Positions 1-12,578 of a stretch of DNA of 64,000 nucleotides are shown piece by piece (the stretch's first letter is position 1; every line of letters starts with the position of its first letter). The position numbers and the translations under genes are program-made. The stretch is from Lingula anatina (Eukaryota; Animalia; Brachiopoda): positions 15,934,001 through 15,998,000 of the forward strand of contig CM120645.1 of the NCBI GenBank assembly GCA_051362555.1, in the 5' to 3' direction. The notes under the pieces were generated by a model that had not been told where the DNA came from, did no database searches, and saw nothing but the letters and a program-made list of their open reading frames with translations.

Positions 1-1495
1 CTAGATACTTCAGTAGCATACCATTTACTAATAGATGAAATTTCCTTTTTATAACAAATGGATTTATAACAACTGCACAGCTATCACAAATTGAAGTAAT
101 TTCAATAATTTTGGTCTGAAAATTAAGACTAAAGCTCTGTTAATTAGGCCCCTAGGGTCAGTTTCATAAAATGGCTATAGCCCCAAAACTGCTCTAAACT
201 TTTACGACTTAAAATCAGGTGTACTAGTCTAAGATAAATCCAATATTATGGTATGCCAACAAAGAAACATAAGCTAATCTAATGTAAAAAAAAAAAAAAA
301 AATACAGGCACATTACTGGTATTTCTTTCTTTTGGACCACTAACAATTGATCTTGTGTCATAGCCAACAAAAACTGGTCTCAAAGTTTAGACTTGTAGAA
401 TTATTCAGGCTACAGCTCTTTTGAGACACAAACCTCTGGTGTTGAAATAGGGAGAACAAACATGTCAGCAGTGCAATAACTGCACATGTTCGCCCTCATG
501 TTTTTATCTAGCATCTGTCAAAACAAAGTGTAAACACATGTTTATAGGGGCTGGGATAGCAACATGGGCATTTTTCTGTAGGTGACAAGTGCAGGTAGGT
601 GGTACAACTGTTATATGATGGTCATGTGGAGCCCTTTTCACATTCTGTGGTATACTTCTCTGCATTGCAACATTTTAACTGGTCCTAACATGTAGGTTCT
701 TTTGCTCCTTTTTACAGTTTCACTTCCAGCTATTTGGACCAATTAAAATTAATCAAGTTAACTGACTGTGTCTAGTGCAGAGGGCTTCTTTGCGGTGACT
801 CCCATATGTAACAACCATGAAATTTAAGCCATTAGTCTCCGAAAAACGCTGCAATACAGTTAAGTGTACCACTTGGAGTGTCAAGGGATTATTATTTATT
901 CAACAGCATGCTTTTTCTTTACATTCAAATACGGGTAAGTATGCTGGTATCAACATACCGCATATTCCATTTTTTTTCATGGACTGCTTTTTTCTGAGTT
1001 ACTTTTCCCAACATCAGTATATTTGCTATGGTGGTCTGAATACACTGCCAGCTACTTGAAATCCACAGCTTTTAGTTGTACATGTACAGTCACTGGGGAA
1101 AAAGCTCTTTGCCCGCCCTGAGCTGCACTTACAAACCATGTCCTTTCAAATTCCAAGAAATTGGGTTCAGTATTCAGAATTGTGGAAAAATTAAATGGTT
1201 TGGACAGTTTCAAATGTGTTCAACGTATTTAGATTGCTTTGTAATCAGTCTTGTGTTGTGATTAAGTGCTTGACTTTAGGACATTTTACGTTGTGGGATT
1301 CAGGTGCATAATTAGTATGAACATTATGAATATTAGGACCTTTTAAAAGCATATGCACTTGTCTTTAGTCTTATATTATAATGGACATACATGTGTGAAC
1401 AACAATGAAAATCTTTCTTTTAATAATAAAAACTGAGATTATAAAATTAAGCATAAAAAAACTTTAAAATAATGAATCAAACACGATGAACTTAC

Positions 1496-1660
1496 GTCTT
1501 TTCAGAGAGGCTGCTTGGAGCACCGCAGTAACAACATCACAGTTCTTCTGCAGTTTGGCTTTCATGTGGTCGCGCTTTCGTAACTGACGCACCAGCCGCG
1601 TGTTCATCTGTGCCACCGTGTGCTTCAGTTCGTGAACCATTCTTCTCAGTTCTGCTTCTT
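1496..1660 (-). CDS. TBC1D30: TBC1 domain family member 30, coding exon 2 (gene continues beyond the window start)
   Basis: Translates EEAELRRMVHELKHTVAQMNTRLVRQLRKRDHMKAKLQKNCDVVTAVLQAASLKR. This matches, from memory, the TBC1D30 pre-TBC coiled region (ELKTILRELK...LLRHLKQKDRL...QRNCDIVTACLQAVSQKRR). Acceptor tcttccacag and donor gtaag; phase 1-1, in frame with exon 1. Confidence 0.88.
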
Positions 1661-4600
1661 CTGTGGAAGAAAATATCACAGGGGTGAGTTTTAAAATCAT
1701 TTTCTATGTATAAAACTATATACCACTATCAAGCACACACTGACAGGCATAAAAAGCATCAATATTTATATACTATCCAGTTCCTTTCTATTACTTTTAA
1801 ACCATCTTCAGCCACACCTTCTAAAACATATGTTGAATTGTGTGAATCCATTCCATTAATATCAATGATAAAATACATAGTAGTCTTCAATGTTTTTTTT
1901 TTTTTTGCAATGTGTCGTACATTGGGAAACTGATCTGCGTGATTCCAGTGAATCTGAGATGTCTGATGTAAAAATACATTGAAATTTATCATTGCTATAG
2001 TTGAGACACAGCACATTGGTAGTTACAAGCATTGCGCCATGACAGTGGCACCTCAACTACAACAATGAGCAACACCACTCGCTTCCATCGTTTTAGAAGC
2101 CAAGACTGGATTTATACTGATTATGTTCCAAACCACACAGCAGTCAGTCAATCAATCAATTGGCCAATGAAGCATCAATTTTAAAACACAATAGACAACT
2201 CCAGTTACCTCTATCAATATAGTTGTTTGACGAAACAGTAATAAAAGATAATTTGTATTAAAAAAAATAAATTATTAATAATTTACTCTATTTTTACCAA
2301 TGCACATTCTTTAACCAGCAATAAAAATAGTCCAAGCTATCAGAGTCCAGCAGTTGTCACTCAAGATAATTTTGAAACCGAAGCCATAACAGTAATCAGA
2401 AAATGATGTATTTCCCTACAATAATGGCCATAATGACTGTCAAATGACATGTAGAAATTAAACAATGCTGCTTAGAGCTGGTCTGCACAGTAAACCTTTG
2501 AACTATCAGTGGCTGATTAGGGATCTAATATACAACAATCACCATATATAATCTAACTGGGCTTTAATGATAATAATAATTGCACGAAAAGACATTAGTG
2601 CCTAAAACTGCATGACAGTCATTACCTAACTCAGCATCATTTTCATTGCAATAAAATCATGAAGCTACAGGGGTTATACAAATTCTCACTGCAATAATTA
2701 TATACAAGGTTGGAATCAAACAATGTAGGAATAAGTTTGTTTTCTGAAATAAGAATGAACAAATATCTTTCAAGTTATCAATGATGGAATAAATCATGAA
2801 AGCAAGGGAAAATATCCTAGGCAAAAATATTCCCTGAATATTTTCTTACTCACTTAGCAACCTGGCATTAACAGTTCCCCTTGATCCTCTAAATGAGAGA
2901 ACAGCACATAAAAAAGTATCAAAAATTGTCTAGAAACACAGAGAGACCTTGCTTGCCATTGATTTGAATTTTGATCGAGACAAGGCTTATTTAATATCCC
3001 AAGAGTAAATGACATAAACAAATGTCTGCATTATCCAATTTATCTCTTTGGCTCTCAATTTTCACAAATTGCTCTGTAATTGTTTGACGTTATGAGTTCC
3101 AGCCTGGTTCACCTTATCTTTTGTAGGTATGACCGTTTTCATTTCTCTGAACAAAATCACGAGGGATTTATATAATAACCTTACATTCCATTTTCAAAGA
3201 ATTGTGCTTCTAACAGTAGCAAATATGTACAGTTTGAAATCAGGAGTGCAGACCTGGCTGGATCAAAGTGTTTACAAACAGTCATACTTTTATAGTCTTT
3301 AGTGTAGGTATAAGTAAATATACCTGATCACATGCTGAATGGTATATTTATCTACAGTGTCAGTAAAGCAAGATATTTATAAGGGTCGTAGGTCACTGAC
3401 AAACAATATTGTAATGAAATACAGTAAAGGTGTACATACATCCAAGTTTTGACATAAGATGTGAAGCAATGAGAGTGTGGAGACAGTAGGCACATGCAAC
3501 TATATATAATTTGTATGGTGCAGATATGTACATATGTACCTGCTATGTTACAATCAGAGTACTTTGAGTGAAAATAAAGCTACTTTTAAGAAACATGCTA
3601 GACAACTGGCTTTTCACAGGGGAGGGGGAGGCAGATGCTGGATCTGCAATTTTTATTTGGAGAGTCCAAGCTCATAGCCACTGTTGGAATAATAGTGTCC
3701 TGGTTCACTGAAAATTCACAATAAAAACACTGTAATATGCCTCAGCTGGAGACAGCTCCCTCAAAAAGATAATACTTCACTGGGTTTATACCTGTGGTTA
3801 CCCAAAGTCAATAAATAGCACAGGTTCTCTTGTCTCTTTTGTTGGTCAACAAGATCTGTCCTGGATGGAATATTCATGCCTTTTCAACCCAGACTATATT
3901 TCTGTTAAATGCTGCATAAAATATGAATTGCTGACAAAACTTAAACGAAATGTTTTTTTTTTTAGCTTCATCTAATACTTGATTTATCTGGAAATAATTT
4001 GTCAATAAGACTGCACAGTAATCATTATGGCTATATTTCTATTCACCTTTCACAGAATAATGAATATGTATCATATGCAGAACAAATAGGCAAAAATTAC
4101 AACAAAACCAATGAATGCATTTACATTTTTAAATTCAGAGTGGAAAACAGGATAGAATCAAAAATGACCTACGTTAACAACTGAACGTTTGAGACTGAAA
4201 GGTCTGGCAGAAAGAAAAATGTCAAATTAATTAATATCTCCAATGAAACCATAGCCAAGCCCAAACTGCCAATAAAGCTGTGGTATCAAAACCATTTATT
4301 TGCTTTGCTTTCAGTTCCCTTCATATGTTATAATATCACATACTGGAGTTGCAGAGGGCAGGTAATAAAACTGCGGAAAAGATTCACCCACAGTCTGATA
4401 ATGTAGCCACAAATAATCTCTCCTACGTGACTTTAGAAAGACTAGAGTTCTGTACATTTTTCGATTGATAGAATTGATTTAAATTTGATATTCTCCAGTG
4501 AGAAGGCAGTTTTTTCCCTCTTTTACCATTTCTGACAATCAACTCTAGTGTTACAAGGTTGATGGATGCACAATCGATTTGTCTATTTGATGTAATGGAT

Positions 4601-4844
4601 TCAATCAGTCACACCTTTGTCTTCAGACATTTTGATTTTACTCTGAATATTGAGAGGAAATGTTAAAACCCCCAATTCTATTTTCTTTTTCTATCACTTT
4701 CTCACTATGATCAACAACATTAAATATTTGACCTATAAACATAATTTCATAAAATAGGCAAAACTACTGGAAGTACACAAAAAGTAAGGTCTGGGATAAG
4801 GGTAGCTTTTTAGTTTATAAACTCCTGTTGTTATCCATAAGGGC

Positions 4845-4848
<4 letters not shown>

Positions 4849-4916
<68 letters not shown>
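4849..4916. repeat. (TA)n microsatellite
   Basis: Long perfect TA run followed by poly-T. Confidence 0.95.
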
Positions 4917-4930
<14 letters not shown>

Positions 4931-5033
4931 AATGAAAATATTATTAACAAAGGCCTGGAACATTAAACTCCTGACATCAATAAACTGTTCAGACGATTCA
5001 CAATCAAATTTTTGACCTTTGTAGGCAATCATA

Positions 5034-5248
5034 GGGCGTATTCCCACAGATTTTAGATCGATCTATCCCCGTGGGGAGGCTCACTAGATTACTGTCAGAT
5101 AATCCGACTTAAATGTCCGTCCCGCCTACTACAAGCTGTAAGGGGGTAATTAACTTTCGTGCCCGCTCAGCTGACAGCTATTTAGCGTGAACCCCCAGGG
5201 AGTTAGGTCGATCTAGTTTGGATCGATCTAATCTCTGGGAATGGGGTC
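5034..5248. mobile_element. ~215-bp PIF/Harbinger-like MITE
   Basis: Ends GGGCGTATTCCCACAGATT..AGATCGATC and reverse complement GACCCCATTCCCAGAGATTAGATCGATC; flanks ATA/TTA (imperfect TWA TSD). Confidence 0.65.
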
Positions 5249-6481
5249 TTAGTTCACTTCAACATGATTTATACCATCCTTCTTTTTTCAAAATTAACTC
5301 ATTAATTTTGTCATAATTATTACTTATTTATTCAGCAGATTATACAGGCTAATCATCACTGAAAGACTACAAAAAAACAGAATTACAGTCATTATCAATG
5401 TTCAATATTTTGGGACATGTATTCAATCCATTTTCTTCAAATTATTTGCCATTATATGTTCTCGATCAATTTAACAATTCCATGTCACAGTTAAAGTAAC
5501 CCAAACTGCTGTGAACCCAATCATTCATCAAGTGACCTGAACACAAAAAGAATGCATGCTAAACATTTATTCTTTCATTATTTTTCAATTTCGGGAACAT
5601 CTTTACATCGCAATCATTATACGCCATCCTGTTAACATATTCCCACATGAATCTTTACATACACAAGTATGAGATGCCAGCATATAAATGTATTAATACA
5701 GCATATCAGAAGCTTTTAGAACTGTGCATTTGGGTCAAGGCTCAATAATTTCAGTTGAAGCAAGTTTACCTGTTAGAAGTTTCTTATAAATGTGCACGCC
5801 TGTAATAAGAACCCGTCATAAGGTGTGTACTGTCCTATATATATCTAGGTGTGAATTTTCACGATTCTAAAACCCTATTCCCATAGATACCATACTACTT
5901 CGATAAACCCAACATTACTGTGACTCTTCCTGAGTGCAATCAGCTTAATGACCTATCTCTGAGGTCTGTTCTAACAGGGAGATAAATCTCAACCACTTGG
6001 CTTCAAAAACACATATTTTGAGTGGAGGAAAAATGGTGGTGAATACCTAATCATAATGTGAGAAGGGTAAAAACTTTTTAAAAATTAAAATTGTTGGTTG
6101 TTAATATTTTAGGAACATGGCTGCTGATTTATGCCTTCCAGTCTGCTAAAAATAGTCATTTAGTGTGACAGCCATGTGTTAAACCAGCTGTGGCTATTTT
6201 ATAATACATTGGGCTTAAAATTGCTGCAATTGTACATTTAAATATATATATTTTGCTGATTCATTGCTGTACGATTCCTAGTGGAAAATATTACTATTGA
6301 CATAAGAAATTGAGTTCTCCACACGTGTATGGCTGGCTGTAAGGAGGAAAAAAATGTGCAAATTTACATTTTTGGAGTGTTCTAATTCTGGGACATTTTT
6401 ATCTTGAAAATCATACAGTATAATCTCTAATAGACAACATTTTATGCTTGTCACAGAAATCTGAATGCAGTGTTAGACTAA

Positions 6482-7030
6482 GACCGCATTCTCAACGAAT
6501 TGAGCCAGGTTTACAAATCCTGAGAACTAAAAATGGTGGACGTACATGAAAGAAAAACCGCCTAATCTTTTAATAGTCTCTCCGCCTCTCACACGCCTCC
6601 CCACACGTCGTCCCTGCAGGGTACAGTAATTAAATCTCGGCTCCGTTCGCCATGCCGAAGCTACCTGAGAAATATTAAGTGCGCATGCTCATCAGTTAAA
6701 CTTGTGGTGAAGAAAGCATGGCGGCTAAAGGCGATCGAAGAAAAAAAGCTCTTCTGTTCTATTATCTTTCAAAACAGAGACGAAAAAGGAATGAATTGAC
6801 CCGTAGAGCAGCAATGAATCGACTATTTACGGAGATAATATCACCAGAGATATTCACAGAGATATTCATTTTCAGAGCCTGAGACTGTACCCCGCAGGGA
6901 CGACGTGTGGGAAGGCGTGTGAGAGGCGGAGAGACTATTAAAAGATTAGGCGGTTTTTCTTTCATGTACATCCGCCATTTTTAGTTCTCAGGATTTGTAA
7001 AGCCTGGCTCAATTTGTTGAGAATGCGGTC
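6482..7030. mobile_element. PIF/Harbinger-like non-autonomous element with ~150-bp TIRs
   Basis: GACCGCATTCTCAACGAATTGAGCC... is mirrored at the right end as ...GGCTCAATTTGTTGAGAATGCGGTC; flanks cTAA / TTAg; same TIR family as 8688-8989. Confidence 0.85.
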
Positions 7031-7192
7031 TTAGTGTGATTCTCCTGAGGTGGTCTATGCAAGGTATAATGCAGTCCGACGTCACAGTGCCACACATCAG
7101 TTTGAGAGATGTCTACTCAAAATAACAGTGTAAAGAGATAGGAAGGAAAACTTTTTATAGGATCCATGTGCTGCATGTGTATTTAGCATCTG

Positions 7193-7223
<31 letters not shown>

Positions 7224-7617
7224 ATGAGCATTTATTTTGATTACCATGGTTTAAAGGAAAAACCAGAGGCTAAATCAAAATAAAATTCAAAAACCAGTTT
7301 TAATCTGAGGAAAGGTTTCTGTAACACAACATAGCATACCATTAACAATGTTTACAATATTATTAATTTTTCTTTTGAATAGATAGGAAGTCGCATGTTC
7401 TAGCTGCATTTTGCCATGCAATTTCTTTTTCCATTTTTTGCTATTGATTTGGAACGTTTCATGCATGCATGGGTATTATATTTCATTTATAATTGACCGA
7501 AACCAGATTAATAATTTATATAATACAACAGTAAGTTAACATAATCTAGGAAGGCCAGCTTACTGCACATCAAAATCATTATTTAAGTACTCAAGTACTA
7601 GTAGCTTCCAACATTTA

Positions 7618-7822
7618 GACTCCGTTCACATGAAAAATCTATTTTCTAAAAATCTATTTTCTATTCGCGGTATCTTGTGATCACTCCGAGTGCAGCCGAG
7701 AATTAATTACAGCTTTGGAAGTAACTGCCTCGCGCTGCCAGTAATTACGCCGCGGGGTATCACAAGATACTGCGAATAGAAAATAGATTTTTAGAAAATA
7801 GATCTTTCATGTGAACGAAGCC
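7618..7822. mobile_element. 205-bp PIF/Harbinger-like MITE
   Basis: ~65-bp TIRs (GACTCCGTTCACATGAAAAATCTATTTTCT... / ...AGAAAATAGATCTTTCATGTGAACGAAGCC); perfect TTA TSD. Confidence 0.85.
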
Positions 7823-8479
7823 TTAGCTACGGGTATACTGAATATGTGTAAAAGTAGCTGGCTGACCCTTTAACTATCTAATATATACACCATTGTTTAC
7901 TTTGTTTTGTTTGGCTGGTAAAATTCTGTTTAATGTACCCACTTATTCAACATCATTAAAAAATAAAAGCCCACCTTTATTATGCTTGTTGTACACAGCA
8001 AAACTGTTTGGTAAGATTTACCTGCTCTTGTAACATCACTGATTAGGTATATATTTCACTTAAAACTGCCTTGTAAACTGTCAATTGTCATATTTACCCT
8101 ATTAAGATATAGATAGAAGCAAATATTCACACTTAATTCTAGATGATATCTAGCTTTATCTTTCATTATTTAGTAAATACACAAGGACCCCAAACAGACC
8201 CACATGCGTCAAAATCATACAGTATTCAATGCCAAATTTTGTATTGCTTTGTTATAATGAGACACCATCCATCAGTTTATCTTTTTAAACCTAGTGCATG
8301 ACTTAAAATCACTTTAATTGTTCACAAATTTCAAAACCACCTCACTCATTCCAATACTTTGTTTTTTCAAGATGTGTTAGTCTGAAAAACATGTGTAACT
8401 CTTTACTATTGTGGCACATTTGAGACTGACTTTTGTTAAAATGTTGTACTTCCTTTTGCTTGAAACATAACCGTAGTAA

Positions 8480-8684
8480 GGGCGTATTCAGATTCACACA
8501 TCATACTAGCTGGGTCGGTCCAACTTTACGGGGGAATATGGTAAAAGTGCAATCAGCAAAACCCCCAAGTGCCCAAGGAGGCATGTCAGACAATTAAGCT
8601 GATTACACTGATTGCACTAAAGTGAGAAACCCCTGCAGAGTTGGACTGACCAAGCTAGTATGATGTGTGAATCTTGCTGTGGTC
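8480..8684. mobile_element. 205-bp PIF/Harbinger-like MITE
   Basis: Inverted repeat AGATTCACACATCATACTAGC..GGTC..TCCAACT; TAA on both sides; left end GGGCGTATTC as in 5034. Confidence 0.8.
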
Positions 8685-8687
8685 TAA

Positions 8688-8989
8688 GATCACATTCACA
8701 ACGAGTTGAGCCATGGCTTTACAAATCCTGGAACTAAATATGGCGGACATACATGAAAGAAAAACCGCCTAATCTTTTAATAGTCTCTCCGCCTCTTACA
8801 CGCCTCCCCATGTGTCGTCCCAATGGAGCTGAGATTTAATGACTGTACCCCCACAGGGACGACGCATGGGGAGGCGTGTGAGAGGCGGAGAGACTATTAA
8901 AAGATTAGGCGGTTTTTCTTTCATGTATGTCCGCCATATTTAGTTCTAGGATTTGTAAAGCCATGGCTCAACTCGTTGTGAATGCGATC
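8688..8989. mobile_element. Near-fully palindromic Harbinger-like MITE (family of 6482-7030)
   Basis: ~135-bp TIRs with a short spacer; TAA TSD at 8685-8687 and 8990-8992. Confidence 0.88.
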
Positions 8990-10213
8990 TAAGTCACAAC
9001 AAATAGCTCTCTGTTATGAACCCAGCTCAAAATCCAAAATTTTTAAATTATATTTTTCATATCAATATTATTACTAGTTATGAAACATTATTTTGGCTTA
9101 TTGAAAATTTTATTTTATTTGAATTACTGTAGGTGAAGAAATACCTGAGCTCTTTTTGATTGTCTTGTTCTGCTGCTAAATTGAGTCACTGTGACAGCAT
9201 CATGTATAATTCATCAACAAATGTTTTCAGTTGATTATGCCAGATAAAAAGTTTTTACAGATCATTTCCTTGTATACTAATAAGAAATTAACGGGGGATT
9301 ACCCAGATTCTACTGTTAAATTCATGCATTTTTGTGGCAATTTCGTGTTTTTATCTAAAGAAATAAATCAATTCAGTCCATTGTCTATGTCACCCAAATT
9401 TGCAGAATTAATCTTTGGGGTTTTAGATAGCATTTTGCAAAGTTAAATTCCATGTAAGAATAATCAACGACATTGTCTTTACATCAATACCACAAGACAA
9501 AACTGTCCACTTTTCACCACTTCTCAAAGTTGCAAAAAGAAATTTTTGTGTTTTCCATACAATCAGCATCTCTTCAAATTATAATGTGGCCTTCAAACTA
9601 TTTCAAATTTGAAAAGCATGTTATTTCATCTTGCTGACATACAAAGTATTTTTCATTAAAATGCACAGAAAACCAATTGGAACTGCCAGGAATCCACAAA
9701 CTTCAGACAGTAATTAAAGAAACAAAAATATTTCTGAGGACATGCATTTAGGCATATATATGCTTAGTTTTTGTAACATGTGTCTATATATTCATAAGTA
9801 TTTTCTTTACCACCAAACAGGATGTATTGTGGACAATTCAACAGTGTTATCGCTTATTTTGACAACTGCTGTGCTTGTTTGAAATGTGACTCTTTTGTAT
9901 GATACTACCTACTGTAAAACACACACACACAGAGAGACAGAGAGAGAGAGAGAGAGAGATAGAGAAGAGAGAGGCTGGTTGCATGCTTGCAAATTGAAAT
10001 TTAACCAGGTGATAATGGTATTCCTATTCAACTAGAAAAATATTTCACGTTTTTATGTCAAATTTATCACTGACATAGATTCAGATGCCTAATGTGCTAA
10101 ACAAAACATGCATGGTTCCATGTCAACAGCTATGTATACATGCACACACAAACCCTCACTTGAACCACTTCACACTTGTACTGAGAAAACAAGCCAGAGA
10201 CCACTGTCACTTA

Positions 10214-10411
10214 GGGGACATTCCCATACCCTATCACACTAGCAGGATCGATCTTTTTCCGAGGGGTTTGTCGCTAGATTGCATTTAGTTTAAGCGAAAG
10301 TAAATTACCCCCTAGAAGCTTCAGTGGGTGTGACAGGCATTTCAGCTGCTTAAACTGAATGCAATTTAGCGAAAACCCCCACAGATACGATAGGTTAATG
10401 GGAACCCAGTC
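10214..10411. mobile_element. ~200-bp degenerate Harbinger-like MITE (relative of 5034-5248)
   Basis: TTA|GGGGACATTCCCATACCCTATC ... GATAGGTTAATGGGAACCCAGTC; shares GATCGATCT and TTTAGCG..AACCCCC internal motifs with the 5034 copy. Confidence 0.55.
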
Positions 10412-11196
10412 TATGAGGTCCCCAATTTGAATCAATATTACTGGACCACAAATTTCAAACTGAGAAAATTGCAACAATTATTCATGATGTACAGGCAGAA
10501 TAAGTACTGTTGATTTTTGCATAAATAGTATATTATATAAGAAATAAGTGCTCTGACACCTGCAGAGGACTGTGAACTGTGGCTAGGAATATCAGCCACT
10601 GGACACCTAGGCAAAGGTTATCATGTATAAGGCTATGGATTTGTAATGGCAAAAAGCTCTCCAAAAATGCTATCACTATTTAAATCATGAACATCAATTT
10701 TGACACTTCGAAATGAATCATGTACCATGTTTTCTAAGAAAACTCAACAATTTTGTATGGGAAATGTTCACGCATATCAAACTTTTGCCAATTGATCATT
10801 TTAGTAAATAGTATTTATTTTAAAACTACTAGTAAGTCTATATTAAGTAATCTTAAGTTTCGTAATTAAATATATAATGAACTTAATTAAGTTTATCTGC
10901 AGAAAATAAAAACCTTGTGAGTTTGTATAAATTCAGTCATAATGTACTGGTATGTACTATTATTGTAGTATCCCAGACAAGTGACACAAGCTGAATAAAC
11001 CAAACCCTGTTAGGCCAAAATTAAAGGAATAACAACTCTTTAGATGAGATCTATATTTCACAATAAAAACATTGTGAACAACTCTATTCTGTTGTACCAC
11101 AAAAATGGCAGTTATAGCTACTATTCGGATATCTGAGCTTGTCTTTAGACCACTTGACCTCCATTGAAGTCTATATTATGTTCTTATTATTATTAA

Positions 11197-11197
<1 letters not shown>

Positions 11198-11240
<43 letters not shown>
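11198..11240. repeat. poly-A tract
   Basis: About 40 consecutive A. Confidence 0.9.
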
Positions 11241-11242
<2 letters not shown>

Positions 11243-12397
11243 GTTTAGAAAAAACCATGGACTAACTTTGAATGTAAAAATGGATTCATTAACCATTGGT
11301 AAGTATGGGAAAATTGTTGTTTAGTCCAGGAAAATTTCTTTTTTCACCAAAATGGAGAGTTATTATCCCTTTAACTGTTCACATCACCTCAGATGTTATG
11401 TCTTCTAAAACATCTAAATTCATGAAATATAACCCTGTTTCCAAAAACAAACAATAGCGTAAACCCCAGTAAAAAGTAGCTCCTTCCAAAACCGTATCAT
11501 ATCATATCTTTAAAACAAGAGTATGGTCATAAAAACCATAAGGTTCATAGCTCTTGAGTGTAAAACTCTATAGGCCAAGAGAAGCACAAAAAGTGCAAAC
11601 ATTTCTTCATGCATTTCCAGGTTTTAAATTATAAATATATAAACCTGTTACTAGTATTCATAACGAAATACAAATCACTTTTTAGCACACCTAAGCCCCC
11701 CCCTTTTACCCCATCTCATGTTATTTGTCATTACATTAATATAGTGTACAGACCAGATGGTCCCAAGGGAACACTCTTCTCTTTCAGACATAAATCGACA
11801 AGCATGAACTGTTGCGCATGGGATAACTAGTAAAAAGAATTTCAAATAGGTTTACAAATACCCAAAGCGCATAATAAAATTTTCACTAATACTAATGAGA
11901 TAAAATTAGAAAAAGATTGTTTCAATTTTTTCAGGCAAAATAAATTGTTATCAATTTTTTCAGGCAAAATAAATTATCTAGTGCAAATTATCTTAAGGCT
12001 TTGACAATAAGTAAGTGCTTGCCATCCTCCTAGTTTGACTTTTGAACCACGTCAATTAACAATGGGCACTAATTTGTGGTCTTGATTGATACAGATCAAA
12101 ATTATTCCATGCATTATTACTGCCCAGTACGTACACTATGATGGTGGCCCTTTGAATTTGTCCACAGGGAAATCAGGCACCTGTTTGATAACCTTGGTAA
12201 AGTCCTATCACAAATTGCAGCACGCAGTGGCTTTAGAAATGTCACACTTATAGCTAACTGATATACGTAGAGAACTATGTGTTTGTACCAGCAGTTTTCA
12301 GTTGTGTTCACAATGGGACTAAATTGGACTGGAAACTGTCTAAATAGTGTCATAGGATACTAGTAATCATGCTGTGATAACATATAGTATGTCTATC

Positions 12398-12578
12398 CTG
12401 GGGTAGCGCTAGCAATTTTTTTCGCTTAGCCAAATCACCGTTTTTTTTTTTTTTTGTCAATTTGTTATCCAAATGATTTTAATTTGACTAAAATGAGTCA
12501 ATTCAAGCCCTTTTTGTTTAGCCAAGTTAAGCCATTTTTAGCATTTGGCTAAATTGGCGAGTGTTAGCCCTACCCCAG
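12398..12578. mobile_element. MITE with 5-bp TSD (hAT5-like)
   Basis: TIR CTGGGGTAGCGCTA / TAGCCCTACCCCAG; subterminal TTAGCCAA repeats; direct repeat CTATC on both flanks. Confidence 0.8.
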
